From positions 1 through 64,000 of the forward strand of contig JBGAGQ010000019.1 of NCBI GenBank assembly GCA_044226625.1: a DNA stretch of 64,000 nucleotides. Direction: 5' to 3'. Position numbers and translations under genes: made by a program. The notes beneath the pieces were generated by a model that did no database searches, was not told the origin of the DNA, and saw nothing but the letters and a program-made list of their open reading frames with translations. The DNA comes from Thermoanaerobaculia bacterium. GTDB taxonomy: Bacteria; Acidobacteriota; Thermoanaerobaculia; Multivoradales; UBA5704. Shown here in pieces: positions 1 through 9,644 of this stretch (positions are counted from its first letter, which is position 1; each line of letters opens with the position of its first letter).

Positions 1-854
1 GACGAGGCCGAAGCCCTCCTGGCCGCCGTCGGTCGAGGGGAGCGCAAACAGGTGGCAGGCACGGAAGAAGTCGACCAACTCGGCGCGGGCATGAGCCGAG
101 GAAATCGACTCCGGTCGGCGATGCCCAGCCCGCGGCGAGCGCGCGATAGCGGGGAGCTCCCGCCTGTCCGTCGACCCGGAGGCGAATCGGCGGGCCGTTT
201 TCGCCCGAGCGTTTCAGGAGAGCCGCCCGGAGCAGCTCGTCGAGTCCTTTGTATCGATGGTGCCGATCGAGCAGCAAGGAGGGGGTTGACGATCCGCTCG
301 GGACCGTCCGGAAAGGGGGAGGGGGGAGAGATGGCGTCCACACCCCAGGGATGTGCTCGACCAGAGCGGAACGGCCGCAGGTGCGGCGAAAAGTCGCCGT
401 AGCCGGGGTTCGAGGTGACGATCCGGGTCGAGCGCCGGAGCAGGCGCGGCAGGAAGATCCGGTTGTAGGCCGCGCCGATCAGGCCTTTGATCCCCGGCCC
501 GACGAGGTCGTTGTTGTAGGAGAAGACGAGCGGGATCCGCTTTTCCTCGGCGACGATCCCCGCGGCGTCGGCAAACCAGGCGGTCGGCATGTGGGTGTGG
601 ATGACGTCGGCCTCCTCGCGCCGGAGCGCGTCGAGAAGGCCCCAGGAGAGGTTGGTATTGCCGATCTTTCCTCGATACGGCAGGCGGACGACCTCGATGC
701 CGTCCACCTCGGCCGGGCCGCCCGCCGGTTCGTCGGCGCAGACCACCCGGACGCGGTGCCCCTTCTTCACCAGCTCGCGGCTCAGGTGGAGGACGGTGTT
801 TTCCACCCCGCCGACGTAGGGGAAGAAGCGAACGACGACCTCCAGGATGCGCAG
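1..854 (-). CDS. Glycosyltransferase family 4 (GT-B), 3'-truncated at the window edge, with apparent frameshifts
   Basis: Manual minus-strand translation gives LRILEVVVRFFPYVGGVENTVLHLSRELVKKGHRVRVV...DVIHTH...HRYKGLDELL. In a shifted frame near 1-75 it reads FALPSTDGGQEGFGLV (GT4 E-x-FG motif). No canonical start codon in frame after the UbiA stop, so the start is uncertain. Not in the ORF track. Confidence 0.8.
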   Translation of the reverse strand, partial: MRILEVVVRFFPYVGGVENTVLHLSRELVKKGHRVRVVCADEPAGGPAEVDGIEVVRLPYRGKIGNTNLSWGLLDALRREEADVIHTHMPTAWFADAAGIVAEEKRIPLVFSYNNDLVGPGIKGLIGAAYNRIFLPRLLRRSTRIVTSNPGYGDFSPHLRPFRSGRAHPWGVDAISPPSPFPDGPERIVNPLLAARSAPSIQRTRRAAPGGSPETLGRKRPADSPPGRRTGGSSPLSRARRGLGIADRSRFPRLMPAPSWSTSSVPATCLRSPRPTAARRASAS

Positions 855-923
855 CGGCGATCGGGGCGCGAATGAGCTCCGCTCGGCTCCTTGGTGTGCG
901 CGCCTTTGGCAAGCGAGTCTTCC

Positions 924-1796
924 TCACCCGCCATAGACGATCCAGACGACCGCGAGCCCCCAGAGCGCGATGTTGATCAGGAAGGGCGGGTCGCGCAGGA
1001 TCGCGTCGGTCGGGCTCCGCCGGTCGGCGAGCTGGTACATCAGGTAGAGGTAGCGGAAGATCCCGAACAGCACCAGCGGCACGGTGTAGACCAGGTGCTC
1101 GGAGTGGTACTTCTCGACCGTCTCGGGCGCCACGGCATAGAGCGCGTAGGAGACGACGGTCGAGGCGGTGACCACGTTGATCATCTGATCGAGGAACGCC
1201 GGGCTGTACTGGTCGAGCACCTTGCGCTGCTCGGAGGCGCTCCCCTGGAGCAGGGTGATCTCGTGCCGGCGCTTGGAAAAGGCGAGGAACAGGGCGACGA
1301 AGATCGTGCAGAGGAGCAGCCAGGACGAGACCACCACCGGCACGGCGCGAGCGCCTGCCTCGACCCGCAGGACGAAGCCGAGGGCGATCGACATCACGTC
1401 GAGGATCACCATCCGCTTGAGCCAGCCGGTGTAGAGCACGTTGAGCAGCAGATAGGCGCCGAGGATCCAGGAGAACTCCGCGCCGAGCCGCCAGCCGATC
1501 GCCCCCGCGGCGAGCAGGAGCACGACGAGGGCGGCGACCGCCACCGGCGCCGCGAGGGCGCCCGAGGCGAGCGGCCGGTCTTTCTTGAGCGGGTGCTTCC
1601 GATCCTCCTCCCGGTCGCGGAGGTCGTTGCCGAGATAAACCGCGCTCGAAGCGAGACAGAACGCGATCAGCGCGAGCAGACCGTGCTCCACCGCGACCGG
1701 ATCGGCGAGGCGCCGGGCGAAGACGAGCGGCGCGAAGACGAACGAGTTCTTCGCCCATTGGGCCGGGCGCAGGGATTTGACCAGGGGCAGGATCAT
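924..1796 (-). CDS. UbiA-family decaprenyl-phosphate phosphoribosyltransferase-like protein
   Basis: LRPAQWAKN, YLGNDLRDREEDRKHPLKKDRPLASG and FLAFSKRRHE motifs; multiple TM helices. Confidence 0.9.
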   Translation of the reverse strand: MILPLVKSLRPAQWAKNSFVFAPLVFARRLADPVAVEHGLLALIAFCLASSAVYLGNDLRDREEDRKHPLKKDRPLASGALAAPVAVAALVVLLLAAGAIGWRLGAEFSWILGAYLLLNVLYTGWLKRMVILDVMSIALGFVLRVEAGARAVPVVVSSWLLLCTIFVALFLAFSKRRHEITLLQGSASEQRKVLDQYSPAFLDQMINVVTASTVVSYALYAVAPETVEKYHSEHLVYTVPLVLFGIFRYLYLMYQLADRRSPTDAILRDPPFLINIALWGLAVVWIVYGG

Positions 1797-1909
1797 GTTC
1801 GGTTCGGGGGCTCCGGGAGGAGAAGCGCATTCTATGGCCCGAGGCGGGGCTCGAACCAGGGCCGAAGCAAGCTATTCTCCGCCCCGAGCCCCGACCGGAA
1901 ACCAATCTC

Positions 1910-4423
1910 TTGAGACGATTCGTCCCGCTCTACGTCCTGCCCACGATGCTCTTGCTCGGGGCGATCTCGCTGCCGCTCGCCCGCGGGGAGCGGACGTTCT
2001 TCCTCCGCGACGTCCTGAACTCCCACCTCAACATGAAGTGGTCGCAGGCCGAGGCGCTGCGGGCGGGCTATCTGCCGCTGGTCGACATCTATCGGGCGGG
2101 GGGGCAGCCGCTCGCGGGCAACCCGAACGCCGTGCCGTTCTACCCGGACAACGTTCTCTACCTGTTCGGCTCGCCGCTCTGGGCCGAGAACGCCCATTTC
2201 TGGATTCACCTGCTGCTCGCGCCGTTCGCGTTCTACTGGATGGCGCGCGCGTTCGGGCTCGGCCGCGAGGCGTCCTGGGCGGGGGGAATCGCCTATACCT
2301 TCTCGGGCTTCTTTTTCTCGCACCTGAACTTCTTCAATCTGATCGCCGGGGCGGCGCTCGCTCCGGCGTTCGTCGCCGCCGCCCTGCGTCTCGGCCTGCC
2401 CGAGCGGCCGGCGGCCCGCGCCGTCCTTCCCGCCGTCCTCGCTCTGCTCTGGGCGCTCCTGCTGCTCGGTGGCGATCCCTTCTTCGCGGCGCTCGGCCTG
2501 GCGCTCGCGGGCACCGCGTTCCTGATGCGCAAGCCGCGCCCGAGCCTCGCCCTCTTCGGCCTGTTCGCCGGAGCGATCGCGCTCGGCACGGTGATCGCGC
2601 TGCCGCAGATCGTCGAGTTCCTCCGCATCTTGCCGCTCTCGTTCCGCGGCCACTACGGCTACGCCTCGAAGGTCGCGACCACGGCGAGCTGGGACCCGCG
2701 GCAGGCGATCGAGCAGATCATTCCCTTCTTCTTCGGTCGGCCGGATCGCCTGACCGGAGGTGGTTTTTGGGGGCACCGGTATTTCACCGACGTGCCGCCC
2801 TACTATTTCTCGCTCTACCCGGGGCTGCTCGTCCTGGCGCTCGCGGCCTCCTCGGGCAAGCCGCGCTCGCGCGCCGCGATCTGGGGGTGGGGCGCCGCCA
2901 TGGTCGGGATCTTCTTCGCCTTAGGCCGCTTCAACCCGGGCGTCGAGTGGTTCTTCGAGCTCGGCCGCGGCTCGTTCCGCTATCCGGTCAAGTTCTGGCC
3001 GCCGGTCGCGATCGGCCTTGCGCTGGTGGCGGCGATCGGCTTCGAGCGGCGCTTCGGGTCGGCCGTCCCGGGGCTCGCGGCCGGCACGGCCGAATCCGGC
3101 GCTCCGGCGAAACCGCCGAAAGGGCTCGCCATCGCGCTCTGGACGCTGTTCGCGGTCCTCTTCGGCGCCTGGATCTTCCTGAGCATCCTGACCGGGCCGG
3201 CGATCGCGATGGCCAAGTCGTTTCTCCCCCTGCGGCTCGCGTCGCTCGCGGAAAACGAGCGCCTTCGCTGGGCGGGGCTCTGCCTTTTCTCGTGGGTCGC
3301 GATCGCCCTGTTCGGCCTCGCGGTCCGGCTGTCACGCCGCCACGTCGTGCTCGGCGGAGCGCTCCTGCTCGCTCTCCACATCACGTTCCAGCTGTTTTTC
3401 TTGAAGCCTCTGTACGCGACCGACGAGACCGGGCCCTATCTCGAGAAACCGGCGGCGCTCGCCTACGTGCCGCCGGGGTCGCGGGTGGCCCACGGGTCGT
3501 TTTTGAACCTGATGCGCAACGCGCACATCGAGAAGGGTAAGTTCCCCCAGCCACTGACGTTCTTCATGGAACGTCGGGCGTTTTCCGAGCTCTATCCGTT
3601 CACCGGCCCGATGCACCGGCTGCGCTATGAGCTGAACGTCTCGCCCGAGGGGCTCGATTCGTTCCTCACCCGGATGTCTCAGGGGGGGATCAAGACGGCC
3701 AAAGACGTCGATCGCGTGCGCCTGCTTGCGGCCTGGGGGGTGAACCGCCTGCTGATCGGCGAGCCGCTGGCGCCCGAGGCGGAGAAGAAGGTCCGCCGCC
3801 TCGCGAAGTTGCCGAGCTATGGCTTCGACCTGCTGATCTACGAGATCCCGGACGCGGCGCCCGCCGCGTATCTCGCCACTCGGCTGGTGGGCGCGCCGCA
3901 CATGAACGCCGGCTACACCGCCCTGCTCGCTCCGGATTTCGACCCGCGCAGCGAGGTCGTCGTCGAGGGCGCGAAAGGGTCCGAGCGACGGCAAGGCGGG
4001 GTGGTCCGTATCCTTCGGGACGAACCGGAGCGATTCGAGGCCGAGGTCGATTCCCGCGGGCCGGGCTTCCTGGTGGTCCAGCGCGCGGACCTGTCGATTT
4101 ATCGCGCGACGATCGACGGCCTGCCCGCCGAGCGCCGGATCGCGAACCTTCACCGGATCGGCGTGCCGGTCCCCGCGGGTCGCCACCGGGTCGCGATCGA
4201 GACGGACCGCCGTCCGCTCCATCGGTCGCTCGCCGCGGCGCTCGCGGCGCTCCTGATCCTGCCGGGCTTCGCGTGGTTCGGCGGAAGGGTGCAAGTTTCG
4301 GAGCCGCTTCCTGAGGCGACCGATTCGACCGAATCGAGCGATTCGGGGACTGAGCCCGCGATGGGTTTAGAACAGGAAAATGCGGAGGCGTACGACGCCG
4401 CGCCCCCGGAGAACTCGCAGTAA
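1910..4423 (+). CDS. YfhO-like polytopic membrane protein (putative GT-C glycosyltransferase)
   Basis: GYLPL..Y..GGQPLAGNPNAVPFYP N-terminal motif, many TM helices, C-terminal ATIDG...IGVPVPAGRHRV typical of YfhO. Confidence 0.7.
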   Translation: MRRFVPLYVLPTMLLLGAISLPLARGERTFFLRDVLNSHLNMKWSQAEALRAGYLPLVDIYRAGGQPLAGNPNAVPFYPDNVLYLFGSPLWAENAHFWIHLLLAPFAFYWMARAFGLGREASWAGGIAYTFSGFFFSHLNFFNLIAGAALAPAFVAAALRLGLPERPAARAVLPAVLALLWALLLLGGDPFFAALGLALAGTAFLMRKPRPSLALFGLFAGAIALGTVIALPQIVEFLRILPLSFRGHYGYASKVATTASWDPRQAIEQIIPFFFGRPDRLTGGGFWGHRYFTDVPPYYFSLYPGLLVLALAASSGKPRSRAAIWGWGAAMVGIFFALGRFNPGVEWFFELGRGSFRYPVKFWPPVAIGLALVAAIGFERRFGSAVPGLAAGTAESGAPAKPPKGLAIALWTLFAVLFGAWIFLSILTGPAIAMAKSFLPLRLASLAENERLRWAGLCLFSWVAIALFGLAVRLSRRHVVLGGALLLALHITFQLFFLKPLYATDETGPYLEKPAALAYVPPGSRVAHGSFLNLMRNAHIEKGKFPQPLTFFMERRAFSELYPFTGPMHRLRYELNVSPEGLDSFLTRMSQGGIKTAKDVDRVRLLAAWGVNRLLIGEPLAPEAEKKVRRLAKLPSYGFDLLIYEIPDAAPAAYLATRLVGAPHMNAGYTALLAPDFDPRSEVVVEGAKGSERRQGGVVRILRDEPERFEAEVDSRGPGFLVVQRADLSIYRATIDGLPAERRIANLHRIGVPVPAGRHRVAIETDRRPLHRSLAAALAALLILPGFAWFGGRVQVSEPLPEATDSTESSDSGTEPAMGLEQENAEAYDAAPPENSQ

Positions 4424-4434
4424 GGAGACGCGCC

Positions 4435-4956
4435 ATGACCCGACGTTCCGCCGCCCTCTGGATCTCGCTCGGCCTGCTCGCCGGCTGCAAGGCCGAGGCC
4501 CCGAAAGCGCCGCCCGCGGAGCCCCCGGCCAGGTCGGAGCTGACGTCCGCCCCCGCGCCGGCCGAAACGGCCGCTCCCGAGGAGACGGTCAAGGGATCCC
4601 AGACGCTCTCCGGCACGTTCGTCGGGTTCGAGACGGGCGATTATCTCCATGGGGTGTTTGCCGTTCCCGGGGGAGAAAAGCGCTCGTTCTTCCTCGAGCG
4701 GGGCATGGAGATCTTCCTCGTCGACCACGCGAGCGAGCCGCTCGAGCTCGAGGTCCAGACGGTCGAGACCGACATCCCCGAGGCGGGAGGGCGGATGGAC
4801 ATCGAGCGGCTGCACTCGATCCGGGCGGGAACGGCGAGCTTCGCCGCTTGGTGGAAGACGGCCGAGCCGAGCTTCGGCAAGCTGCTCGACGAGCACCAGG
4901 CGCGGATCGACAAGGCGACGCTCGCGCCGGAGGACGCCCCGACCGAGGGGTCATAG
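4435..4956 (+). CDS. Hypothetical lipoprotein
   Basis: Lipobox LLAG-C, AAGGAG RBS, Pro/Ala linker. Confidence 0.7.
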   Translation: MTRRSAALWISLGLLAGCKAEAPKAPPAEPPARSELTSAPAPAETAAPEETVKGSQTLSGTFVGFETGDYLHGVFAVPGGEKRSFFLERGMEIFLVDHASEPLELEVQTVETDIPEAGGRMDIERLHSIRAGTASFAAWWKTAEPSFGKLLDEHQARIDKATLAPEDAPTEGS

Positions 4957-4959
4957 CCC

Positions 4960-6000
4960 ATGCTCGGAGACATGCTCGGGAAGCTCTTCGGCCGCAAAGA
5001 GGATCCGGCGAGCCCGCTCGATCGGCGGGGGTTGCTCAAGAGCGATCTTTGGCTCGACCAGGAGGACGCTCCGGCGCGCATCGCGGAGCGCGAGCGGCGC
5101 GGCGAGATCACGGCGGCGGAAGCCGAAAAGCTGCGCCATTTCGTCGATCGCGGCTACCTCACCTTCGAGATCGACCTGCCGGAAGCGACCGCCGGACAGG
5201 TCGACGCGGACGTCGACCGGCTCTGGCGCGAGAAGCCCTGGGACGTGGCGTTCGCCTACCAGAGCCGGCTGAAGCTCTTTCCGCTCGCCGACGAGCCGGC
5301 GGACCGGCGTCCCTCGGTACGGATCGCCGACCTGCATTCGGCGAGCGCGGCGGCGCTCGGTCTCTATCTTCATGAGGAGATCCACGCCTGGGTCGACCGG
5401 ATCTTCGGCCGGCCGGGGGTGGCCACCCAGTCGCTCCATTTCGAATACGGCAGCCAGCAGGCGTTGCACCGCGATCCGATCCACGTCCACACCTCGCCGC
5501 CGAGCCATCTGCTCGCGGCATGGGTGGCGCTCGAAGAGATCGGTCCGGACTGCGGGCCGCTCACCTACGTTCCGGGCTCGCACCGGCTGCCGTATTTCGA
5601 GTTCGAGCCGGGGGACCATCGGTTCGACCATGGCCGCCACGCTCCCGAGAGGCTGGAGGCGTCCCTCGCCCACGACCTCGAGCAGGCGGGCAAGAAACGT
5701 CTCGCCGCGGAACCGTTCCTCTGCCGCCGAGGGGGGGTGCTGCTCTGGCACCATTCGCTGCTTCATGGCGGCTCGACGCCGAACGATCCGCGCCTCACCC
5801 GCAGGAGCTTCGTGATCCATTTTTCGACCCTCGGCAACTATCGCCGTGCGCGCCAGACGGTGCTCGTGCCGGGTCCCGGCGACGCGCCGATGAGTCGATC
5901 GTTCGGTACGGATAAAATCTTGACCTCGGCGGGGCCACCGGAGACGAGCAGAGCGCGGGGTTTCGACAACCCGCTCGCCGGTCAGGTCCGGCCGGATTGA
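4960..6000 (+). CDS. Phytanoyl-CoA dioxygenase (PhyH) family Fe(II)/2OG oxygenase
   Basis: QALHRD (HxD), AAWVALE, GPLTYVPGSH, LWHHSLLHGG. Confidence 0.85.
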   Translation: MLGDMLGKLFGRKEDPASPLDRRGLLKSDLWLDQEDAPARIAERERRGEITAAEAEKLRHFVDRGYLTFEIDLPEATAGQVDADVDRLWREKPWDVAFAYQSRLKLFPLADEPADRRPSVRIADLHSASAAALGLYLHEEIHAWVDRIFGRPGVATQSLHFEYGSQQALHRDPIHVHTSPPSHLLAAWVALEEIGPDCGPLTYVPGSHRLPYFEFEPGDHRFDHGRHAPERLEASLAHDLEQAGKKRLAAEPFLCRRGGVLLWHHSLLHGGSTPNDPRLTRRSFVIHFSTLGNYRRARQTVLVPGPGDAPMSRSFGTDKILTSAGPPETSRARGFDNPLAGQVRPD

Positions 6001-6022
6001 GACCGAGGAAGGAGGTTCGGCC

Positions 6023-6499
6023 ATGAGCGACAAGCGCGAGCTTCTCCGCCATACCCTAGCGACGCTCGCCTATCGCGGCGGCAAGGCGCTGCGGGGCGCG
6101 CCGGCCGGGTTTTCGTCGTTTCGCGCCGCTCCCGATTCGCGGAGCGCGGGCGAGATCCTCGCCCACGTCTGCGACCTGTTCGATTGGGCCATCCTGCTCG
6201 CGGCGGGTCAGCGGGTCTGGACCGACGGTCCGGTGCTGCCGTGGGAGGAAGGGTGCGCCCGATTCTTCACCGGGCTCGAAGCGTTCGAGCGGACGCTCGG
6301 CGGCGAAGGCCCCCTTGCCTGCCCGGAGGAGAAGCTCTTCCAGGGGCCGATCGCCGACGCGTTCACCCACATCGGCCAGATCGCCCTGCTGCGCCGGCTC
6401 GCGGGAGCTCCCGTGCGGGGCGAAAACTACTTCAAGGCGGAGATCGTGGCCGGCCGGGTGGGACCCGAGCAGGCGGCCCCCAAGAGGGAGCTCGACTGA
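6023..6499 (+). CDS. DinB-like protein
   Basis: RSAGEILAHV and DAFTHIGQIALLRRLAG DinB-type His motifs; GGAGG RBS. Confidence 0.7.
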   Translation: MSDKRELLRHTLATLAYRGGKALRGAPAGFSSFRAAPDSRSAGEILAHVCDLFDWAILLAAGQRVWTDGPVLPWEEGCARFFTGLEAFERTLGGEGPLACPEEKLFQGPIADAFTHIGQIALLRRLAGAPVRGENYFKAEIVAGRVGPEQAAPKRELD

Positions 6500-6510
6500 G
6501 CTTCCGAGGG

Positions 6511-7290
6511 TTACTCCGGCCGCCTCGCGGCGTCCGCCGGGGAGCGCTTCGACGCGACGAAGACGGCGGAGAGCCCTCCCGCGTCGTCGAGGTGGGCGAG
6601 CGGGATCTCCTCGTAGAGAAACGCCCCGGGAGAGAGGCGCGACGGCCGCGGATCGGAGAAATCGGGGTCCGAACCCTCCGGGGGGAGAGCGCGAAACAGC
6701 CGCACGCTCGCGTATCGCCCCGCAAGCATCTCTTGCCAATCCCAGAGGAAGAGCGGCGAGCGCGTGCCGAGCGCGCGGTGCCTTTCGCGCGTTTGACCGT
6801 CCAGGATCGGCGGGACCGAGGCGATCAACAGGGAGTCCTCGCCCTCGGTCGACGTGAGCAACTCTTCCGCCGCGGTGAGCGCCGCCTCCGGATCGGCGAG
6901 ATGGGAGAGCACGTTGCCCATCACGATGCGATCGAACGTGCCCAGGGAGGCCGAGAGCGGCCCGGGCAGTCGTTCCGCCTCCGCCCGATGGAATGCCAGT
7001 TTGGGGGTTCGGAAATGACGACGTGCGTAGCGGATCGAGCGCTCGTCGGCGTCGATTCCCACGGCCCGCCGAGCCCCCGCCGCCGCCAGGTCCGCCGTGC
7101 CATACCCCGTGCCGCAGCCGAGATCGAGCACGTCGAGCCCCGCGGCGAACGACGCCGCGAACGCGTAAAAGGAGCGATGCGCCTGAAACAGGTCGTTCGG
7201 AACTTCCGGGGAGATCACCGCCCCGCGAGGCGGCAGGCCGGCACGCAGGCGGGCCCAGGCGTTCTTGAGGCGCTGCGCGTCGAGGCTCAC
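6511..7290 (-). CDS. Class I SAM-dependent methyltransferase
   Basis: VLDLGCGTGYG motif I and GIDAD; start taken at GTG 7290 rather than the long ORF start. Confidence 0.8.
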   Translation of the reverse strand: MSLDAQRLKNAWARLRAGLPPRGAVISPEVPNDLFQAHRSFYAFAASFAAGLDVLDLGCGTGYGTADLAAAGARRAVGIDADERSIRYARRHFRTPKLAFHRAEAERLPGPLSASLGTFDRIVMGNVLSHLADPEAALTAAEELLTSTEGEDSLLIASVPPILDGQTRERHRALGTRSPLFLWDWQEMLAGRYASVRLFRALPPEGSDPDFSDPRPSRLSPGAFLYEEIPLAHLDDAGGLSAVFVASKRSPADAARRPE

Positions 7291-7364
7291 GAGATCGGAC
7301 GATACCGCAGGCGGCGCGCGCAGCCGGCAGGAGCGAATCGAGATCGGATTCCGGGAGCCCTCGC

Positions 7365-9644
7365 GTGACCCGGCGCGCAATGGGCGAGCTGGCGATCGGA
7401 GCGGCGGGTCTCGCGGCGAGCGGGTTGTTCTGGATCGGCCTGCCGCTTCCCGCCGCGGATCCCCTGCGCGGCACCCTGGTGCTCCTCCCGGCACTGGTCG
7501 CGGGTTTCGCGCTCGTCGAGCGGGGCGCCGTCCGGCTCGGTGCGCGTCGGATCGCGCCCGCCGCCGCGCGGGGGGAAGCCGTCGCCGTGGGGCTCTTGGC
7601 GCTCCTTTCCCTCGGCCGCGGGCACCTCGGGATCGCGGGATCCGAGCCGGTGATCGCCGCGGCGTTCGCCTTGGTGCTCGCCCACCGGCTCCTGCGCCAG
7701 ACCCTGGCGTTCCGACCGCTCCTCGGGCCCGAAGCGCGGGAGAGGGAAGAGGCCGCCAGCGAAGGGGCCGGCGGAGAATTCTCCGGCGGGCTTCCCGAGT
7801 TGCCCCCCTGGCCGTTCTTCGCGCTGCCCCTGCTCGCCTACCTGGCGATCCTGCCCTGGACCTCCGCCCAACGGCCACCGGACGGCGACGAGCCCTATTA
7901 CCTGCTGATCACCCACAGCTTGGCTTACGACTTCGACGCGGATCTGACCGACGACTACCGCGACGAGGAGTGGCGGCACTTCATGCCGCGGCCGATCGCT
8001 CCGCAGCCAGGGGATCCGGTGGGAGCGAAGGGAGAGCTCTACTCCCGCCACAACGAGATGCTGCCGCTCCTGCTCGCGCCGGCCTATCGGCTGGCGGGGC
8101 TTCCCGGGGCGCTCGCCGTCATGGCGGCGATGGCCGCCGCGCTCGCCTGGATGACCCTCCGCCTCGCCCGGCGGTACCCGGGCATCGGCTCGTCTGGCGC
8201 TCTGCTCGCCTACGCGCTCGCGGCGTTCACGCCGCCGCTCGTCCTCTATTCGGCGCAGGTCTGGGTGGAGGTGCCGGCGGCGCTGCTCGCCGCGATCGCG
8301 ATCGACCGGATCCGCGCTCCCTTCGCCGGAACCTGGGACGGCCGGCGCTGGCTCGCGATCGGGCTGCCGATCCTCGTGCTGCCGCTGCTCAAGATCCGCT
8401 TCCTCCTCCTCGCCGGCCCGCTCCTGGTCCTCACCTGGTGGTACGGCGGCCGGCCGAAGAAGCCGCTCCTCGTGCTCGCCCTGATGCTCGGCTTGCTCGC
8501 GGGCGCGATCGTGCTCCACAACCAATTGGTCTATGGCAACCCGCTCAAAATCCATACCTGGCACGAGGTGGAGCCCACCTCCTACGGTTGGGTCGATTAC
8601 GCGAAGGGGTTCGTGGGCATCTTCTGGGACGCGGGATTCGGCCTGCTCGGTGCGGCGCCGATCTGGCTGATCGCGTTGATCGGGCTCGGCGCCCTGGCGC
8701 TCCGGCGCCATCCCTTGCCGTTCGATCTCGCGGCTTTCGCCCTGCCCTATCTCGCCGTAGTGGCGCCTCGATCGGAGTGGTACGGGGGATGGTCGCCGCC
8801 TTTCCGCTACGCGCTGGTCATGCTGCCGTTTCTCGCGCTGGCCGTGGCACCGTACGCGGCGCATCGGAAGCGATTTGGAGTGGGAATGCTGATCGGGGGG
8901 CTGGGCCTCCTGACGCTCACGCTCTCGCTGCTCTGGATCGCGGTTCCGGGCTGGACCTACAACTTCGCCGATGGCCGCACCTACCTTCTCGATCACCTCG
9001 CCTCACGCCTCGGGCTCGACCTCGCGCGCCTGTTCCCGAGCTCGATCCGCCCGCGGCCGGCGACCTGGATCGTCCCCCTCGCGACCCTGCTCGTAGGTTC
9101 GCTGGTCGCGTTCGTCCGCGCACCGAGTCGGCTCCGCCGGAGGATCCCAGCCGGGTTCGTGGGAACGCTCGGCCTGGCGGCCGGTCTGGGCCTGCTCGCA
9201 GCGCTTCCATCCGTTGCGTTCCGGCTCCCGACCCGGGTGGTCGAGTTCGAGGACGAACAGGTGGTCAAGAAGGGCGGGCACCTCGAGCCGGAACGCTGGG
9301 TGGTCGACCGCACCCGCTTCCGCGGCACCTGGGTGCTGCGCGAAGGCGAGCGGCTGGAGGCGCCGGTTTCCCCTGGCGGCCACAAGCTTCGGCTGGTGCT
9401 CCACGGATACTTCGTGCGCCATCATCCAGGCGACCTCGCGGTCCAGATCCAGGCGGGCGAGCTACCGCTCCAGACGCTCCGGTTTCATACCGAGCGGATT
9501 TGGGAGACGCTCGAGGTCGGCCCGTTCGATTGGCCCGCCGGGGCGCCGCTTTCCATTTCTCTGCCTCCACCGAGCCCGCAGCTGCCACCCGGCGCGATGG
9601 CGAACGGAATGCTGTTCGACCGCGCCGAGCTCTCCTGGCAATGA
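7365..9644 (+). CDS. Polytopic membrane protein, putative GT-C glycosyltransferase
   Basis: PDGDEPYY acidic first-loop motif, WYGGWSPPFRY, more than 12 TM helices. Confidence 0.65.
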   Translation: MTRRAMGELAIGAAGLAASGLFWIGLPLPAADPLRGTLVLLPALVAGFALVERGAVRLGARRIAPAAARGEAVAVGLLALLSLGRGHLGIAGSEPVIAAAFALVLAHRLLRQTLAFRPLLGPEAREREEAASEGAGGEFSGGLPELPPWPFFALPLLAYLAILPWTSAQRPPDGDEPYYLLITHSLAYDFDADLTDDYRDEEWRHFMPRPIAPQPGDPVGAKGELYSRHNEMLPLLLAPAYRLAGLPGALAVMAAMAAALAWMTLRLARRYPGIGSSGALLAYALAAFTPPLVLYSAQVWVEVPAALLAAIAIDRIRAPFAGTWDGRRWLAIGLPILVLPLLKIRFLLLAGPLLVLTWWYGGRPKKPLLVLALMLGLLAGAIVLHNQLVYGNPLKIHTWHEVEPTSYGWVDYAKGFVGIFWDAGFGLLGAAPIWLIALIGLGALALRRHPLPFDLAAFALPYLAVVAPRSEWYGGWSPPFRYALVMLPFLALAVAPYAAHRKRFGVGMLIGGLGLLTLTLSLLWIAVPGWTYNFADGRTYLLDHLASRLGLDLARLFPSSIRPRPATWIVPLATLLVGSLVAFVRAPSRLRRRIPAGFVGTLGLAAGLGLLAALPSVAFRLPTRVVEFEDEQVVKKGGHLEPERWVVDRTRFRGTWVLREGERLEAPVSPGGHKLRLVLHGYFVRHHPGDLAVQIQAGELPLQTLRFHTERIWETLEVGPFDWPAGAPLSISLPPPSPQLPPGAMANGMLFDRAELSWQ

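Noticed and set aside
7265-9640. 1096-aa GT2 fusion ORF
   Set aside because: The upstream part is a shadow frame over the 7365-9644 gene; GT2 starts at 9641
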